Source of the DNA: an uncultured Candidatus Saccharibacteria bacterium
Lineage (GTDB): Bacteria; Patescibacteriota; Minisyncoccia; JACPKW01; UBA11713
Assembly: GCA_964366035.1 (NCBI GenBank)
Contig: CAYISH010000002.1
Span: 1 to 32,246, forward strand
Direction of reading: 5' to 3'
DNA length: 32,246 nucleotides
Under the pieces are notes generated by a model, which did no database searches, was not told where the DNA came from, and saw only the letters and a program-made list of their open reading frames with translations. This document shows, piece after piece, positions 16,160 to 25,277 of this stretch. Every line of letters starts with the position of its first letter. Positions within the stretch are counted from its first letter, which is position 1. Both the position numbers and the translations under genes were made by a program.

Positions 16160-19100
16160 TTATTCGGTCACTGTGACTGCGTCGAGATCGTTGAAGAAGT
16201 TGTCGACGCGGAATCCGTTCGTCCAGTCACTGGTATCAGCATTAGTTGCGGACGAAGTTGCCTCCGCGGTGAAGTCGGTCCAGATGAAGTCATCTTGCCG
16301 ATCAGCTTCCACCGCTCCCCGCTTGAACATGAACGTCTGTCCAAGGCCCGTGGACGATGCCGTCGGGTACGAAGCGTCGGTGAAGAGTTGCGTCGTAACT
16401 TTCTCTCCGGTAGTGGCGGTCAAGGTTACCGATGCAATCTGCAAGGCAAAGGTGTGGCTCGCGCCCGAACTGATCCTCACCCATCTGTCGGAGTAGTTCG
16501 TGGTGTTATCCACAATCGCATGGAGCCGGATGTTGCCCGAGGTGTCGAATGTACACCCGCCAGACCCGTCTCCCGTCGTGTCGCCACATTGCGTTACCGA
16601 GCTAGTAGCAAGGGTAATCGAGTTCGTCATATCTTTCGCCTCTGTTTCGTTCACGATCTTCGCGCTGTCCAAGAGAAGCGCCGCTCCTCCAGAAGTAGAC
16701 ATCTTAAGCGTAAACTTGTAGACGCCGATGTCGCCGCCCTGCGCCGTCACTTTCCAACGGTACACTTTCACGCCAGAGGCAAGCGAGGTGCCCGAGGGCA
16801 AGGTTACCAGCTCCACTTTCGGAACTGCGCGGAAGTACCTAACTCCCGTTACCGAGGTAGTTCCTGAAGTCGTGCCGCTCGAGTATACCGCGGGGGAGTA
16901 TTCCACACCCGAACCGCGGCCTACGCCCTTGTGCTTCACGCTTGAGCCGGGACCCGTGTCAACTGCAATCAGACGTCCAGAACACGGCGTTGCCGAATCC
17001 TGGCAAGATTGCGAATTAAGGGTCGGTAAGTCAACTTTCACGGTAACAATCTTGAAGGTATCGGCAGGAACTTCAAGGAAGTTTGTCGGTTGAGCCGCCG
17101 ATCCGTCTCCTTGAGCCGCAGTGGTGTTGAAGCTGAAGTTTTCTACCCTGCTCTGGAATGTAGGCACTCGTTTCGCGATCAGTTTCGATCCCTCGTAGAG
17201 ATAGACCATCGCAATATCGGCAGCCGTGCTCGATGCGGTGTTCGTAAGCTGAACCTGGAAGTCTTTAACCGCGATGGTTTCGGAAGTCGCGCGAACTTTG
17301 AAGGCCGCGACAGTTACTCCAGTTGAACCATCCGGATACCAACCCTCGGTCTGCCCCGCCGATGTGTCTTCGGTAATCTCATACCCGCCGCCTACTTTGA
17401 ATGTCATCAAAGAACCGGCAGAAGTGGAGAAGGTCTCGGTAATTTCAGTCCCGGTAGATTGGCCGAGCACCGTCCAGTCTCCATTTGTGATACTGCCAGA
17501 GAAGTCAAACCGAACCGTGTCGTCTGCGCCGATGGTTGTGGCGCTGTTTGCTCTCAAGCTTACTATCTTGTTCACTCCCTTGAGAATAATCAATGAAGTA
17601 TCTAAGGTAATTGAAACCGTTACGTCATCGCCATCAGCATTCCCAGACGGGTTCGTGGCAGTGCCCAAAAGGGTGGCGGTGGTGGCAGTGCCATCGTAGA
17701 GCGCAATGGTGTTGAACTCATCCGGGTCAAGCGACCCGGAAGTTACCATTCGAATTTTCACGATATTTACCTTCATGTCGTCTCCCGAACTGCCCGCGTC
17801 CAAGTTATAGCGCCCGACTTCCATCTGATTAGCTCCTCTAATCACATTCTGGGCGATAAGAGAAGTGGAAGGAGACACTGCCAAGGCAGGCGCCTTTACC
17901 GTCTGGGTGTTGGCATCAACATTGGAAGCCGGAGTCGGGGTAATGGTGTTACCCGTTACCTGCCCCGTAACCGATGAGATTGCCGTAGAGGGAGGACGAA
18001 GTCCTACCACAATTGTATCGTTATTTTCCCATCCGGTGGATCCAAGTTTTCCTTTCACCGTGTAGGTGTTCACGCCGATCGGAACCGTTACCGAATCCGT
18101 GAAGGTGATTGAGGTCTTGACAAGGTCCTTCGGACCGGCAACCGCTCCGCCATTTTTGTCGTAGATGGTTACGTTCGTGAGTTCTGCCTTCTCGCCTCCC
18201 GAATCGGCATCGGTGCTTACAATCGTCAGCACCAAGGAGGTATAAGTAATCGGCTCACCTTTGGCCTCGAAGGTGAAAGCACCTATAGCCTGGTTAGAGC
18301 CTCCTACTGCCACGTTTCCGCCGGTAACGGTGTTGGATTTCTCAACTCTCAAAGAACCATTGCCAACGGTAACCTGTGAAGCGTCGTACCATGGGTTGAC
18401 GCTCGAGAAAGCCGAGGAGTCGTCCGTCGGATCGGACGCACCATTAGGAGGAGTAATGTAGAATTTGTGGTCAAGTCCTTTCACTACAAGGTCGGTGCGG
18501 CGGTATACATCGAAGTCAATGGTCCTTGCCGCGCCAGACTCAATATCGCCTTTGATATACAGCTCGGCAATATCGCCTTTGTTCACCCGAATGCCAGAAC
18601 CTATTTTTGCGGTGTAGTACTTGCCATCAGCTGACACCGTTACGTCGTATTTGTTTCCTTTGTTGTCGTACACGGCAATGTTCTTAAGGTCTGCAGATCC
18701 CGCGGAGCCTGATTGATTCCAGCGGATTCTTTCGAGCATCACATCTTCCTGAGAGCCTACGGTCATCTTGATTGATGAGAACACATAGTTCGTCGTGCCT
18801 ACTTCTTTGGTCGGCGAGCTAGAGGGATCGTTGGAACCCTTGTCCATCGTTACCGAACCAATCGCGAGCGTGCCGTTTACCGTGTGCCCAGCTCCAACGA
18901 TCGGGAATGAACCCGTTACCGTTGCCGGTGAAGCATCAACCGCTTGCACAGAAAGGTAACCTACCTGGCCCGCTCTCGCGTCGTTGTCTGCCGCCATATT
19001 TGCGGCAATGGTGTATTCCTTTGAAGTGCCTTTCGGAACCGTGAACAAGTCGTTCAATACTACCTGGTGGTTCGCGTTCAAGCTTTTCTCCACCGTGCTA

Positions 19101-19837
19101 ATCTGGTTGCCGTCTTCGTCCAAAAGGACAATCCCGCTGATTGCCGCATCAGCCATAAAGCCGGTGCGTTCAACGGTAATTGATTTTACTACCACATCGC
19201 CGTCATTCGCGGCGGTAAGTTTCACTCTGGTGTAAGGAACGCGCGCCGCGCTTTCCGGCGACAAGCTGTTTGCAGGCTGTGTGCCCGGATCAACTCTTAA
19301 GCCTGTTCCCACAGTGGGAGGGGGCGGAGGCCCAGGAGGTCCTGGCGGAGGCGGAGGAGTAGTCCCGCCCATCAAGGAAGTGTACTTGGCTCTTGAAAGA
19401 GGGCCAAACACTCCTGCCGCAGGAGAAACGCCATTTGCCGCCTGCCATTTCGCTACTGCCATTTTTGTCTTGGGGCCGAAGCTCGTAGTTTCATTTCCTG
19501 CCGAACCCGCGCCGCTTGCAGACACCTGAAAGCCCGCGCTATTCAGATACTTTTGCAAACATCGCGCATCCTCACCTGCCGAAACCCCTGAATAGAGGCT
19601 GCGGGTAAAGGTGCAAAGCGCTGCGCCCGCGCCTGAACCGCCACCGCTTAATGCTGCGATTTTCGCAGTCAAGTCCGCGATAGTGGCCTGCAGCTGCTCA
19701 ATAGTGTGCGCAGTCGTGTGATCGGCTTGCGCCACCAGAGGTACTGCAAGCGAAGCTCCTCCGGCAGTTAATGCCGTTGAGAAGCTTAAGAAAGTAACGG
19801 CAATTCTTGCCAGTCCTTTCTTATATTTAGTACTCAT
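16160..19837 (-). CDS. Giant secreted or cell-surface protein: signal/anchor, PG_binding_1-like domain, polyproline linker, then about 1000 aa of Ig-like beta repeats
   Basis: 1225 aa. N-terminal hydrophobic segment LARIAVTFLSFSTALTAGGASLAV, a coiled-coil, then LQKYLNSAGFQV...FGPKTKMAVAKWQAANGV (peptidoglycan-binding-like), then PPPPPGPPGPPPPP. The rest is Thr/Ser/Gly/Val-rich beta-type sequence. Confidence 0.85.
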   Translation of the reverse strand: MSTKYKKGLARIAVTFLSFSTALTAGGASLAVPLVAQADHTTAHTIEQLQATIADLTAKIAALSGGGSGAGAALCTFTRSLYSGVSAGEDARCLQKYLNSAGFQVSASGAGSAGNETTSFGPKTKMAVAKWQAANGVSPAAGVFGPLSRAKYTSLMGGTTPPPPPGPPGPPPPPTVGTGLRVDPGTQPANSLSPESAARVPYTRVKLTAANDGDVVVKSITVERTGFMADAAISGIVLLDEDGNQISTVEKSLNANHQVVLNDLFTVPKGTSKEYTIAANMAADNDARAGQVGYLSVQAVDASPATVTGSFPIVGAGHTVNGTLAIGSVTMDKGSNDPSSSPTKEVGTTNYVFSSIKMTVGSQEDVMLERIRWNQSGSAGSADLKNIAVYDNKGNKYDVTVSADGKYYTAKIGSGIRVNKGDIAELYIKGDIESGAARTIDFDVYRRTDLVVKGLDHKFYITPPNGASDPTDDSSAFSSVNPWYDASQVTVGNGSLRVEKSNTVTGGNVAVGGSNQAIGAFTFEAKGEPITYTSLVLTIVSTDADSGGEKAELTNVTIYDKNGGAVAGPKDLVKTSITFTDSVTVPIGVNTYTVKGKLGSTGWENNDTIVVGLRPPSTAISSVTGQVTGNTITPTPASNVDANTQTVKAPALAVSPSTSLIAQNVIRGANQMEVGRYNLDAGSSGDDMKVNIVKIRMVTSGSLDPDEFNTIALYDGTATTATLLGTATNPSGNADGDDVTVSITLDTSLIILKGVNKIVSLRANSATTIGADDTVRFDFSGSITNGDWTVLGQSTGTEITETFSTSAGSLMTFKVGGGYEITEDTSAGQTEGWYPDGSTGVTVAAFKVRATSETIAVKDFQVQLTNTASSTAADIAMVYLYEGSKLIAKRVPTFQSRVENFSFNTTAAQGDGSAAQPTNFLEVPADTFKIVTVKVDLPTLNSQSCQDSATPCSGRLIAVDTGPGSSVKHKGVGRGSGVEYSPAVYSSGTTSGTTSVTGVRYFRAVPKVELVTLPSGTSLASGVKVYRWKVTAQGGDIGVYKFTLKMSTSGGAALLLDSAKIVNETEAKDMTNSITLATSSVTQCGDTTGDGSGGCTFDTSGNIRLHAIVDNTTNYSDRWVRISSGASHTFALQIASVTLTATTGEKVTTQLFTDASYPTASSTGLGQTFMFKRGAVEADRQDDFIWTDFTAEATSSATNADTSDWTNGFRVDNFFNDLDAVTVTE

Positions 19838-20169
19838 AATGTTTTTAATTGCCTAATTAACTAGCACGGAACATCCCGGTCTCGACGCGACCAATGTATT
19901 CCGTGCTCTAATAATCAACCGTTAAATTTTTGCTTTCTTACGGAGTCAAGTCACTCGTTCCACCTACTCCGGCATCCGCCGGTTGGCGGAGCGGAAGGGG
20001 AAGATCGACCAGACTCAAGACTCCAGTTAATTAACTAAAATAAGATACGTTAATACTTTTCCGTTTCCCACCGTACATCCATCAATATGCAATTTTCAAG
20101 GTCCTGGCCAAACAGAAAAAAGCTGCCTAAAAAAACTTTACCTGCACGTTACCTGGCTGCATTAACCCT

Positions 20170-20198
20170 ATTATAGTAATTAGGGAGCACAAGCTCAA
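20170..20198 (-). promoter_or_regulatory. Strong sigma70-like promoter TTGAGC-17-TATAAT, about 325 nt upstream of the 1225-aa gene
   Basis: On the minus strand, -35 is at 20198-20193, the spacer is 17 nt and -10 TATAAT is at 20175-20170. This implies a long 5' UTR running to ATG 19837. Confidence 0.5.
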
Positions 20199-20326
20199 AA
20201 ATATGCTTTGTGGATAACTGCTTTTCTGAACAAAAAGCGCCCCACAACACCTCCGAACTTGCCTTCCTAGAATATCGCGAAACGTCCAATCAAGTCAAGA
20301 AATTCAGACCTCCTTTCTCCCACCCC

Positions 20327-21064
20327 CTATTTGTTTTTCATAGCGTAACGGCGCCACCGCTTATCCCCTTGTTTGTCAACAATTCCTTCCTCTATCATGC
20401 CCGCCAAATCTCTTTGGAGCGTTTTTTCACTCAAGTTGTGCTCAAAAAGGGCGGCTAGTTCCCTCACGCTTACCCACTGACCGGGGCGGCGCTGCAGACA
20501 ATCCACAATTACCGAGCGCCTGTCTTTTTCCGGAAAATAACGGCGGCTTATTTGTCCGTTATCTTGTCCTATAGGCTCATCTCTCTTCTGCGGGCGATCT
20601 CTCTCTCGCATCTGCTTTTCCAAAGCTTCGGGCGGGGCTTTATCGCCTTCCTCCCCAGAAGAAAGCTGCTTCTCTATTATCCCCATGTTTTGGAGCTCAT
20701 AAAATACCGGCAGAAGATTTTGGGAAGGCTCGTTTGAAGGTACCAGGAGAAACCCCTGCAAATTGCGGTATTCGCTCTTTAACACTTCAAAATTAAGGCT
20801 GGAAATAAAGCTTCCGGCTTGGGCCAAATCCAAAAGCGCTACAAGCCTTTGTATTCTCTGTTCCGTATTCTTTAAGCTATCGCCTGTCCCTTTTGGGGGG
20901 TAGCTTCCTAACGACAAAATGACTTCCAAAATTTCAACTGCTCCCGCCCGCAGATTCCACTTCAAAGGTTCTCGGTCAGGAAACAAATCCGTTACGCGAT
21001 ATAGAGCCTCGGTAATTTTTTTTGCCCGCTCTTCCACGTAATGTATATCGGACTTTTCTCCCAT
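20327..21064 (-). CDS. Putative transcriptional regulator with a C-terminal winged-helix (DeoR/Fic-associated type) domain
   Basis: 245 aa with a helical N-domain. The C-terminal IVDCLQRRPGQWVSVRELAALFEHNLSEKTLQRDLAGMIEEGIVDKQGDKRWRRY fits the wHTH pattern. TGGTAATTT (21079-21071) lies 6 nt before the ATG. Confidence 0.6.
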   Translation of the reverse strand: MGEKSDIHYVEERAKKITEALYRVTDLFPDREPLKWNLRAGAVEILEVILSLGSYPPKGTGDSLKNTEQRIQRLVALLDLAQAGSFISSLNFEVLKSEYRNLQGFLLVPSNEPSQNLLPVFYELQNMGIIEKQLSSGEEGDKAPPEALEKQMRERDRPQKRDEPIGQDNGQISRRYFPEKDRRSVIVDCLQRRPGQWVSVRELAALFEHNLSEKTLQRDLAGMIEEGIVDKQGDKRWRRYAMKNK

Positions 21065-21092
21065 TTTTTAAAATTACCATGGCTGATCAAAA

Positions 21093-21126
21093 AGACAAAA
21101 ATCCCGGCGGGCCGGGATTTTTGTCT
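21093..21126. terminator. Hairpin terminator downstream of the 389-aa gene (bidirectional shape)
   Basis: AGACAAAAATCCCGG / CCGGGATTTTTGTCT, a 15-bp stem with loop CGGG and T/A runs on both sides. Confidence 0.75.
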
Positions 21127-21147
21127 TTTACAAGCTCTTCCTAAGCG

Positions 21148-22317
21148 TTATTGAGGATTCGCCAAGAGAGCATTCATCTGTTCCTGCAAGAGACGCAACT
21201 GCTCTTGGAGCCCTACCACGCTCTGCCCATTTGCGTTAGTGCCTACTCCGAGCCCGCTTCCTTGAAGTTCATTGAGCTTAGCTCTGGTTTGAGGCCCGAC
21301 TCTTCCTACTTGGGCAATACCATACTTCTTCTGGAAACGAATGACTGCCTGCTTGGTTAATGCTCCAAAGTATCCGCTTACTTGCCCTTCAGGATACACT
21401 TCTAGGTCCTTGGCAAGAACCTCCTGAAGCTTCTTTACTTCGTCGCCTCGATCGCCCATTTTAAGGTCTTTCGTAAAGGTGAACGACACGGGGGGAGATT
21501 CCGGAGGTGGAGGAGGCGGAGTGGCCCCGAGATTCACAGTAAGAAGTTCATTAAGTTTTGCGAGCGTCTGCGGCCCTACTTTTCCAGCTTGGGAAATGCC
21601 ATGCTTTTTCTGAAAGTTCTTTACCGCCTGCTTGGTTAATGCTCCAAAGTATCCGCTTACTTGCCCTTGGGGATATACTTCCGGGTCACGAGCGAGAAAC
21701 TCCTGTAATTTACTTACTTCGTCACCTCGATCGCCCACCTGCATCGGTTTAGTGAAAGAAGAAACAGAAAAAGGCGTAGTTGCAGGCGGAGGAGGCGGAG
21801 TAACCTGTCCTGCGGGTGGCGGTGGCGGTGGCGTTACTGATGCCGGAGGTGGCGGTGGTGGTGGAGTAATTATTCCACCGCCTCCTCCCCCTCCACCTGT
21901 AGAACCGCTCCCGCCGCCTCCTCCAGAAGAAGGCAGACAGGAACTTCCTATCGAAATTGTTACCTCTTGAGTGCCTGTGGTAGTTTTCGACAATGTTAAC
22001 GAGTTCCCAGAGCTATCACAGTTTGATGCCGTCACAAATGTACCGGGGCTGGCGGTAAGTGTTCGAGAAGCGCTCGAAGTAGCGGTAAGAGCCGAGCCGC
22101 TTGACATAATAAAGCTGAAGTCGGTGCCAGTTACAGTAAATGAATCAACTGTCCCAGTCTTGGTGATGAAGAACGTGATTGCCGGATCGGCAATGGAAAT
22201 CTGGTTTCCGTTCTGAAAGGTCAAATCGTTCGCCGCAAGCGCCACGAGAGGCCCGCCCGCTACCCCGATGAGCGAAGAGAGAAGCCATACTCCCGTTGTG
22301 AGGATATTTTTTCTCAT
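21148..22317 (-). CDS. Secreted protein with Gly/Pro-rich linkers and two PG_binding_1 domains
   Basis: 389 aa with a signal peptide (ILTTGVWLLSSLIGVAGGPLVALA), then GGGGGSGSTGGGGGGG and PPPPPPP tracts. The domain GDRGDEVxKLQEFLAxDxEVYPxGQVSGYFGALTKQAV..FQKKxGI occurs twice. At the DNA level, a 43-nt identical block occurs at 21347-21389 and 21626-21668. Confidence 0.8.
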   Translation of the reverse strand: MRKNILTTGVWLLSSLIGVAGGPLVALAANDLTFQNGNQISIADPAITFFITKTGTVDSFTVTGTDFSFIMSSGSALTATSSASRTLTASPGTFVTASNCDSSGNSLTLSKTTTGTQEVTISIGSSCLPSSGGGGGSGSTGGGGGGGGIITPPPPPPPASVTPPPPPPAGQVTPPPPPATTPFSVSSFTKPMQVGDRGDEVSKLQEFLARDPEVYPQGQVSGYFGALTKQAVKNFQKKHGISQAGKVGPQTLAKLNELLTVNLGATPPPPPPESPPVSFTFTKDLKMGDRGDEVKKLQEVLAKDLEVYPEGQVSGYFGALTKQAVIRFQKKYGIAQVGRVGPQTRAKLNELQGSGLGVGTNANGQSVVGLQEQLRLLQEQMNALLANPQ

Positions 22318-22357
22318 GTGTTGTGTAAGAGAGAAAAGCTGGTAAGGCTTCTATGCA

Positions 22358-23137
22358 TTATCTGCAACTACCCGACTCTACACCCAGCAATGTGGTAGAA
22401 CCGTGGGTAATAAAGATCTTGTATATTGTTCCCGCAGAGTCATTCATTTCGATGCATCCTCCTTTTCCTGCGTTAGCAGTAACATCATTAGAGTAAATTT
22501 TCACCGTACTCGTTCCGCCAGAAGCAAAATGGGTTTCTGTCGTGCTTGCCGCCAATCCAATTTCTGGAGTACCAGGACTAGAAGTAGCAATACCTATTCT
22601 TCCGTTGCTGTAGACAAAGAAATCGTCTCCCACCACAAAGTCTCCGTCGCTGGTAGTCGCGTTAGCTACTCCCAAACCTCCTGATATGTACACATCAGCA
22701 TGCGTACCGGCAGCGCCTCCTATACTCAAGCTAGGTCCGGCCACCACAGGTGAAGTAGTAGCGCCGACCGCGACACGGCCATTGCTAAAGACCGTAAAAT
22801 CGTTGCCGACAAGAAAGTGGCCGGTAGTAGTAGTGGCATTTTCAACCCCAAGCCCCCCGGTGATAAAAGCGCTTGCTGCGGTTCCCGTAACACCGCCAAC
22901 GTTAAGGCCGGTAACCGCAGCTGTGGTAGAACCACCCACAAGCAAATTACCATACGCCAAAACACTGCCCGTCGCCTGTACAGTCGAAGTGGCTTTTACG
23001 TGACCATCTGTCACGACGTTAGTTGAAATAGTGGTAGCCGCCCAAACAGAAAAACCAATGGCGAGCATAAACCCTGCCACCAACGCAAAAAATAATAACA
23101 AGCCTCCTCTTGTTGTGGTAAATGTAGAAGCCTTCAT
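22358..23137 (-). CDS. Membrane-anchored Gly/Thr-rich beta-repeat surface protein
   Basis: 259 aa with an N-terminal TM (LLLFFALVAGFMLAIGFSVWA). It contains an internal duplicated unit (ITGGLGVENATTTTGHFLVGNDFTVFSNGRVAVGATTSP and ISGGLGVANATTSDGDFVVGDDFFVYSNGRIGIATSSP) and a C-terminal Cys pair. It lies 40 nt upstream of the 389-aa gene on the same strand. Confidence 0.7.
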   Translation of the reverse strand: MKASTFTTTRGGLLLFFALVAGFMLAIGFSVWAATTISTNVVTDGHVKATSTVQATGSVLAYGNLLVGGSTTAAVTGLNVGGVTGTAASAFITGGLGVENATTTTGHFLVGNDFTVFSNGRVAVGATTSPVVAGPSLSIGGAAGTHADVYISGGLGVANATTSDGDFVVGDDFFVYSNGRIGIATSSPGTPEIGLAASTTETHFASGGTSTVKIYSNDVTANAGKGGCIEMNDSAGTIYKIFITHGSTTLLGVESGSCR

Positions 23138-23318
23138 AAAATAAGCGTTAAATTGTTAGTAATAATAATGATAACAAGAGAAAAGGACGCGCTTTGACCT
23201 TTTATTAGCGTCCTCCCTTGATTTCAGTGTATCTTTTCCCCCGGTAATTCAGAGGATTATTCATGTGGATAACTCGGAGCCAAGGAAAAGGTTATAGGGT
23301 TTAGATTAGAACTTAAAC

Positions 23319-23343
23319 AATATCGGACATAATGTCCGATATT
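23319..23343. terminator. Palindromic hairpin downstream of typA
   Basis: AATATCGGACAT a ATGTCCGATATT, a 12-bp perfect palindrome. TGTTTAAG follows on the minus strand and TGTCTTTTA on the plus strand. Confidence 0.6.
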
Positions 23344-23384
23344 TGTCTTTTATGTCCTATAAAATGTTTTTACGCCCCTTGGGA

Positions 23385-25178
23385 CTACGCGAGATTTTTT
23401 CTGGCGCGGGAGCGATCCGCTTCGGTGAGAAATTGCTTGCGGAGGCGCACGCTTTTGGGCGTGATTTCCAAATATTCGTTGTCTGACATAATTTCAAGCC
23501 CGCGCTCTATGTTTAACTCGTACGGTGGAGCAAGCTCAATGGCCTCATCGGACAATTTCGAGCGGGTGTTGGTAAGCTGTTTGCCTTTCGTAGGATTTAC
23601 ATACATTTCTTCTCCTTTCGAAGTGTTTCCAATCACCATGCCGCTGTATACCTCCACCCCCGGATTGATGTACAATGTGCCCCGCTCCTGAAGCCCCCAC
23701 AACGAATATCCGAGCGCCCGCCCGTCGGCCATCGAAATCATCGAACCCACCGCCCTTTGTTTAATTTCCCCCGCGTACGGGCGGAATCCGAACACGCGCG
23801 AAGATAAAATACCTTCTCCTTTCGTATCGATAATAAATTGGCTTCGGTAACCCAAAAGTCCGCGCGTCGGCCCCTCGAACGACAGGCGCGCCGTCTCCCC
23901 TTTTTGCGCAACATTATTTAACACGAATGCCCGCATGCCGAGGCGCTCAATCACCGCTCCCTGAAATTTGCTCGGCGTATCGACGACTACCTCCTCAAAA
24001 GGCTCCAACTTTTGCCCGTTCTCTTCGCGGATAATCACTCGCGGCTCGGATACCTGAAGCTCGTATCCGGCTCGCCGCATATTCTCAAGAAGAATGGCAA
24101 TATGAAATTCGCCGCGCCCATAGACGCGGAAGCTGTCCCCAGATTCAAAATCAACCTTAAGACCCACGTTTACTTCTACCTCCCGCTCCAAGTATTCCCT
24201 GATTTGGCGGGAAGTGACAAATTTTCCTTCCTTCCCCGCAAACGGCGAATTGTTTACTAAAAACGTAAGCGCAATGGTCGGCTCGTCGATAGCGATGGCG
24301 GGCAAGGGGGAAGCGTTTTCATCAGTAGTCACCGTCTCTCCTATATATATATCGGAGATGCCCGCTACGAGAACGATATCGCCCGCTACCGCGTTGTCTA
24401 CTTCCACCCTCTCAAGCCCCTTAAACGCGAAAATTTTACTCACCTTTCCCGGCCGCGTCTGGCCATCCGGCTTTTTTACAAACACATTTTCATTTTGGCG
24501 CACTATCCCTTCATGCACCCGCCCCACCGCAAGGCGGCCTAAAAAGTTATCATAGCCGAGGTTAAACGGCTGAAAACGGAGCGCTCTTGCCGCGCGTTCT
24601 TCGGAAAACGCCGAAGGCACATGCCCTAAAATAGTATCAAGAAGCGGCCTTAAATCTTTTGTGTCGTCGCTTAGTTTCAACTTTGCGACCCCGTCGCGGC
24701 CATTTGCATATACCACCGGGAATTCCGCCTGCTCGTCGTTTGCGCCCAATTCCCAAAAAAGCTCCAATACCTGTTCCTCGCACCGGACCGGATCGGCGGC
24801 GGCTTTGTCAATTTTGTTTATCACTACAATCGGCCGAAGGCCCAACTCCAAAGATTTTTTCAGCACAAAGCGCGTCTGCGGCATGGGGCCTTCTTGGGCA
24901 TCTACTACTAACAAGACCGAATCAATCGAACGGAGCACTCGCTCCACTTCCGAACCGAAATCGGCGTGGCCAGGCGTGTCTACTATATTAATCTTCGTTC
25001 CTTTGTACTCGATCGAGGCGTTTTTCGAATAAATGGTAATGCCGCGCTCTACTTCGAGCGTGTTCGAATCCATAGAAACCCCCTCGCCGATAGCGCCCGT
25101 CTGGCGCATCAAAGAATCGGTCAGGGTAGTTTTGCCGTGGTCTACGTGGGCAATAATAGCTATGTTCCTGATCTCCAT
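23385..25178 (-). CDS. typA: Translational GTPase TypA/BipA
   Basis: 597 aa, with NIAIIAHVDHGKTTL, DTPGHADFGSEVER and NKIDK. The EF-G-like domains and C-terminal LRKQFLTEADRSRARK are typical of BipA. Confidence 0.93.
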   Translation of the reverse strand: MEIRNIAIIAHVDHGKTTLTDSLMRQTGAIGEGVSMDSNTLEVERGITIYSKNASIEYKGTKINIVDTPGHADFGSEVERVLRSIDSVLLVVDAQEGPMPQTRFVLKKSLELGLRPIVVINKIDKAAADPVRCEEQVLELFWELGANDEQAEFPVVYANGRDGVAKLKLSDDTKDLRPLLDTILGHVPSAFSEERAARALRFQPFNLGYDNFLGRLAVGRVHEGIVRQNENVFVKKPDGQTRPGKVSKIFAFKGLERVEVDNAVAGDIVLVAGISDIYIGETVTTDENASPLPAIAIDEPTIALTFLVNNSPFAGKEGKFVTSRQIREYLEREVEVNVGLKVDFESGDSFRVYGRGEFHIAILLENMRRAGYELQVSEPRVIIREENGQKLEPFEEVVVDTPSKFQGAVIERLGMRAFVLNNVAQKGETARLSFEGPTRGLLGYRSQFIIDTKGEGILSSRVFGFRPYAGEIKQRAVGSMISMADGRALGYSLWGLQERGTLYINPGVEVYSGMVIGNTSKGEEMYVNPTKGKQLTNTRSKLSDEAIELAPPYELNIERGLEIMSDNEYLEITPKSVRLRKQFLTEADRSRARKNLA

Positions 25179-25277
25179 AAAAAAATCGCGGCCCTATCGG
25201 CCAACGCCCAATCAAGATAACACGTTGAAAGAGAGCCGTCAAATTGAGGTTTCCGATTATTCTTTTTCGCTTTTCGT

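Noticed and set aside
16101-19529. Many plus-strand ORFs (for example 16295..16867, 17274..17699, 19281..19529) opposite the 1225-aa gene; likewise 21151..22216 and 22403..23026 opposite the other surface-protein genes
   Set aside because: These are shadow ORFs in Gly/Thr/Pro-codon-rich genes. The minus-strand frames are continuous and carry signal peptides and recognisable PG-binding domains.
19300-21910. G-rich/C-rich low-complexity DNA tracts (19310-19370, 21780-21910, also 15900-15960 and 32100-32200) as possible G-quadruplex or non-coding repeats
   Set aside because: They are fully explained as in-frame polyproline and polyglycine linker codons (CCN/GGN) within secreted-protein genes.
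20209-23272. Chromosomal replication origin, based on perfect DnaA boxes
   Set aside because: There are only two isolated boxes 3 kb apart, with no box cluster, no AT-rich unwinding element and no dnaA/dnaN nearby. The observation is kept only as a low-interest regulatory note.
23332-23691. Plus-strand 119-aa ORF starting inside the typA terminator palindrome
   Set aside because: It overlaps the 3' end of the strongly supported typA gene in antisense. It has no expression signals and a shadow-like composition.
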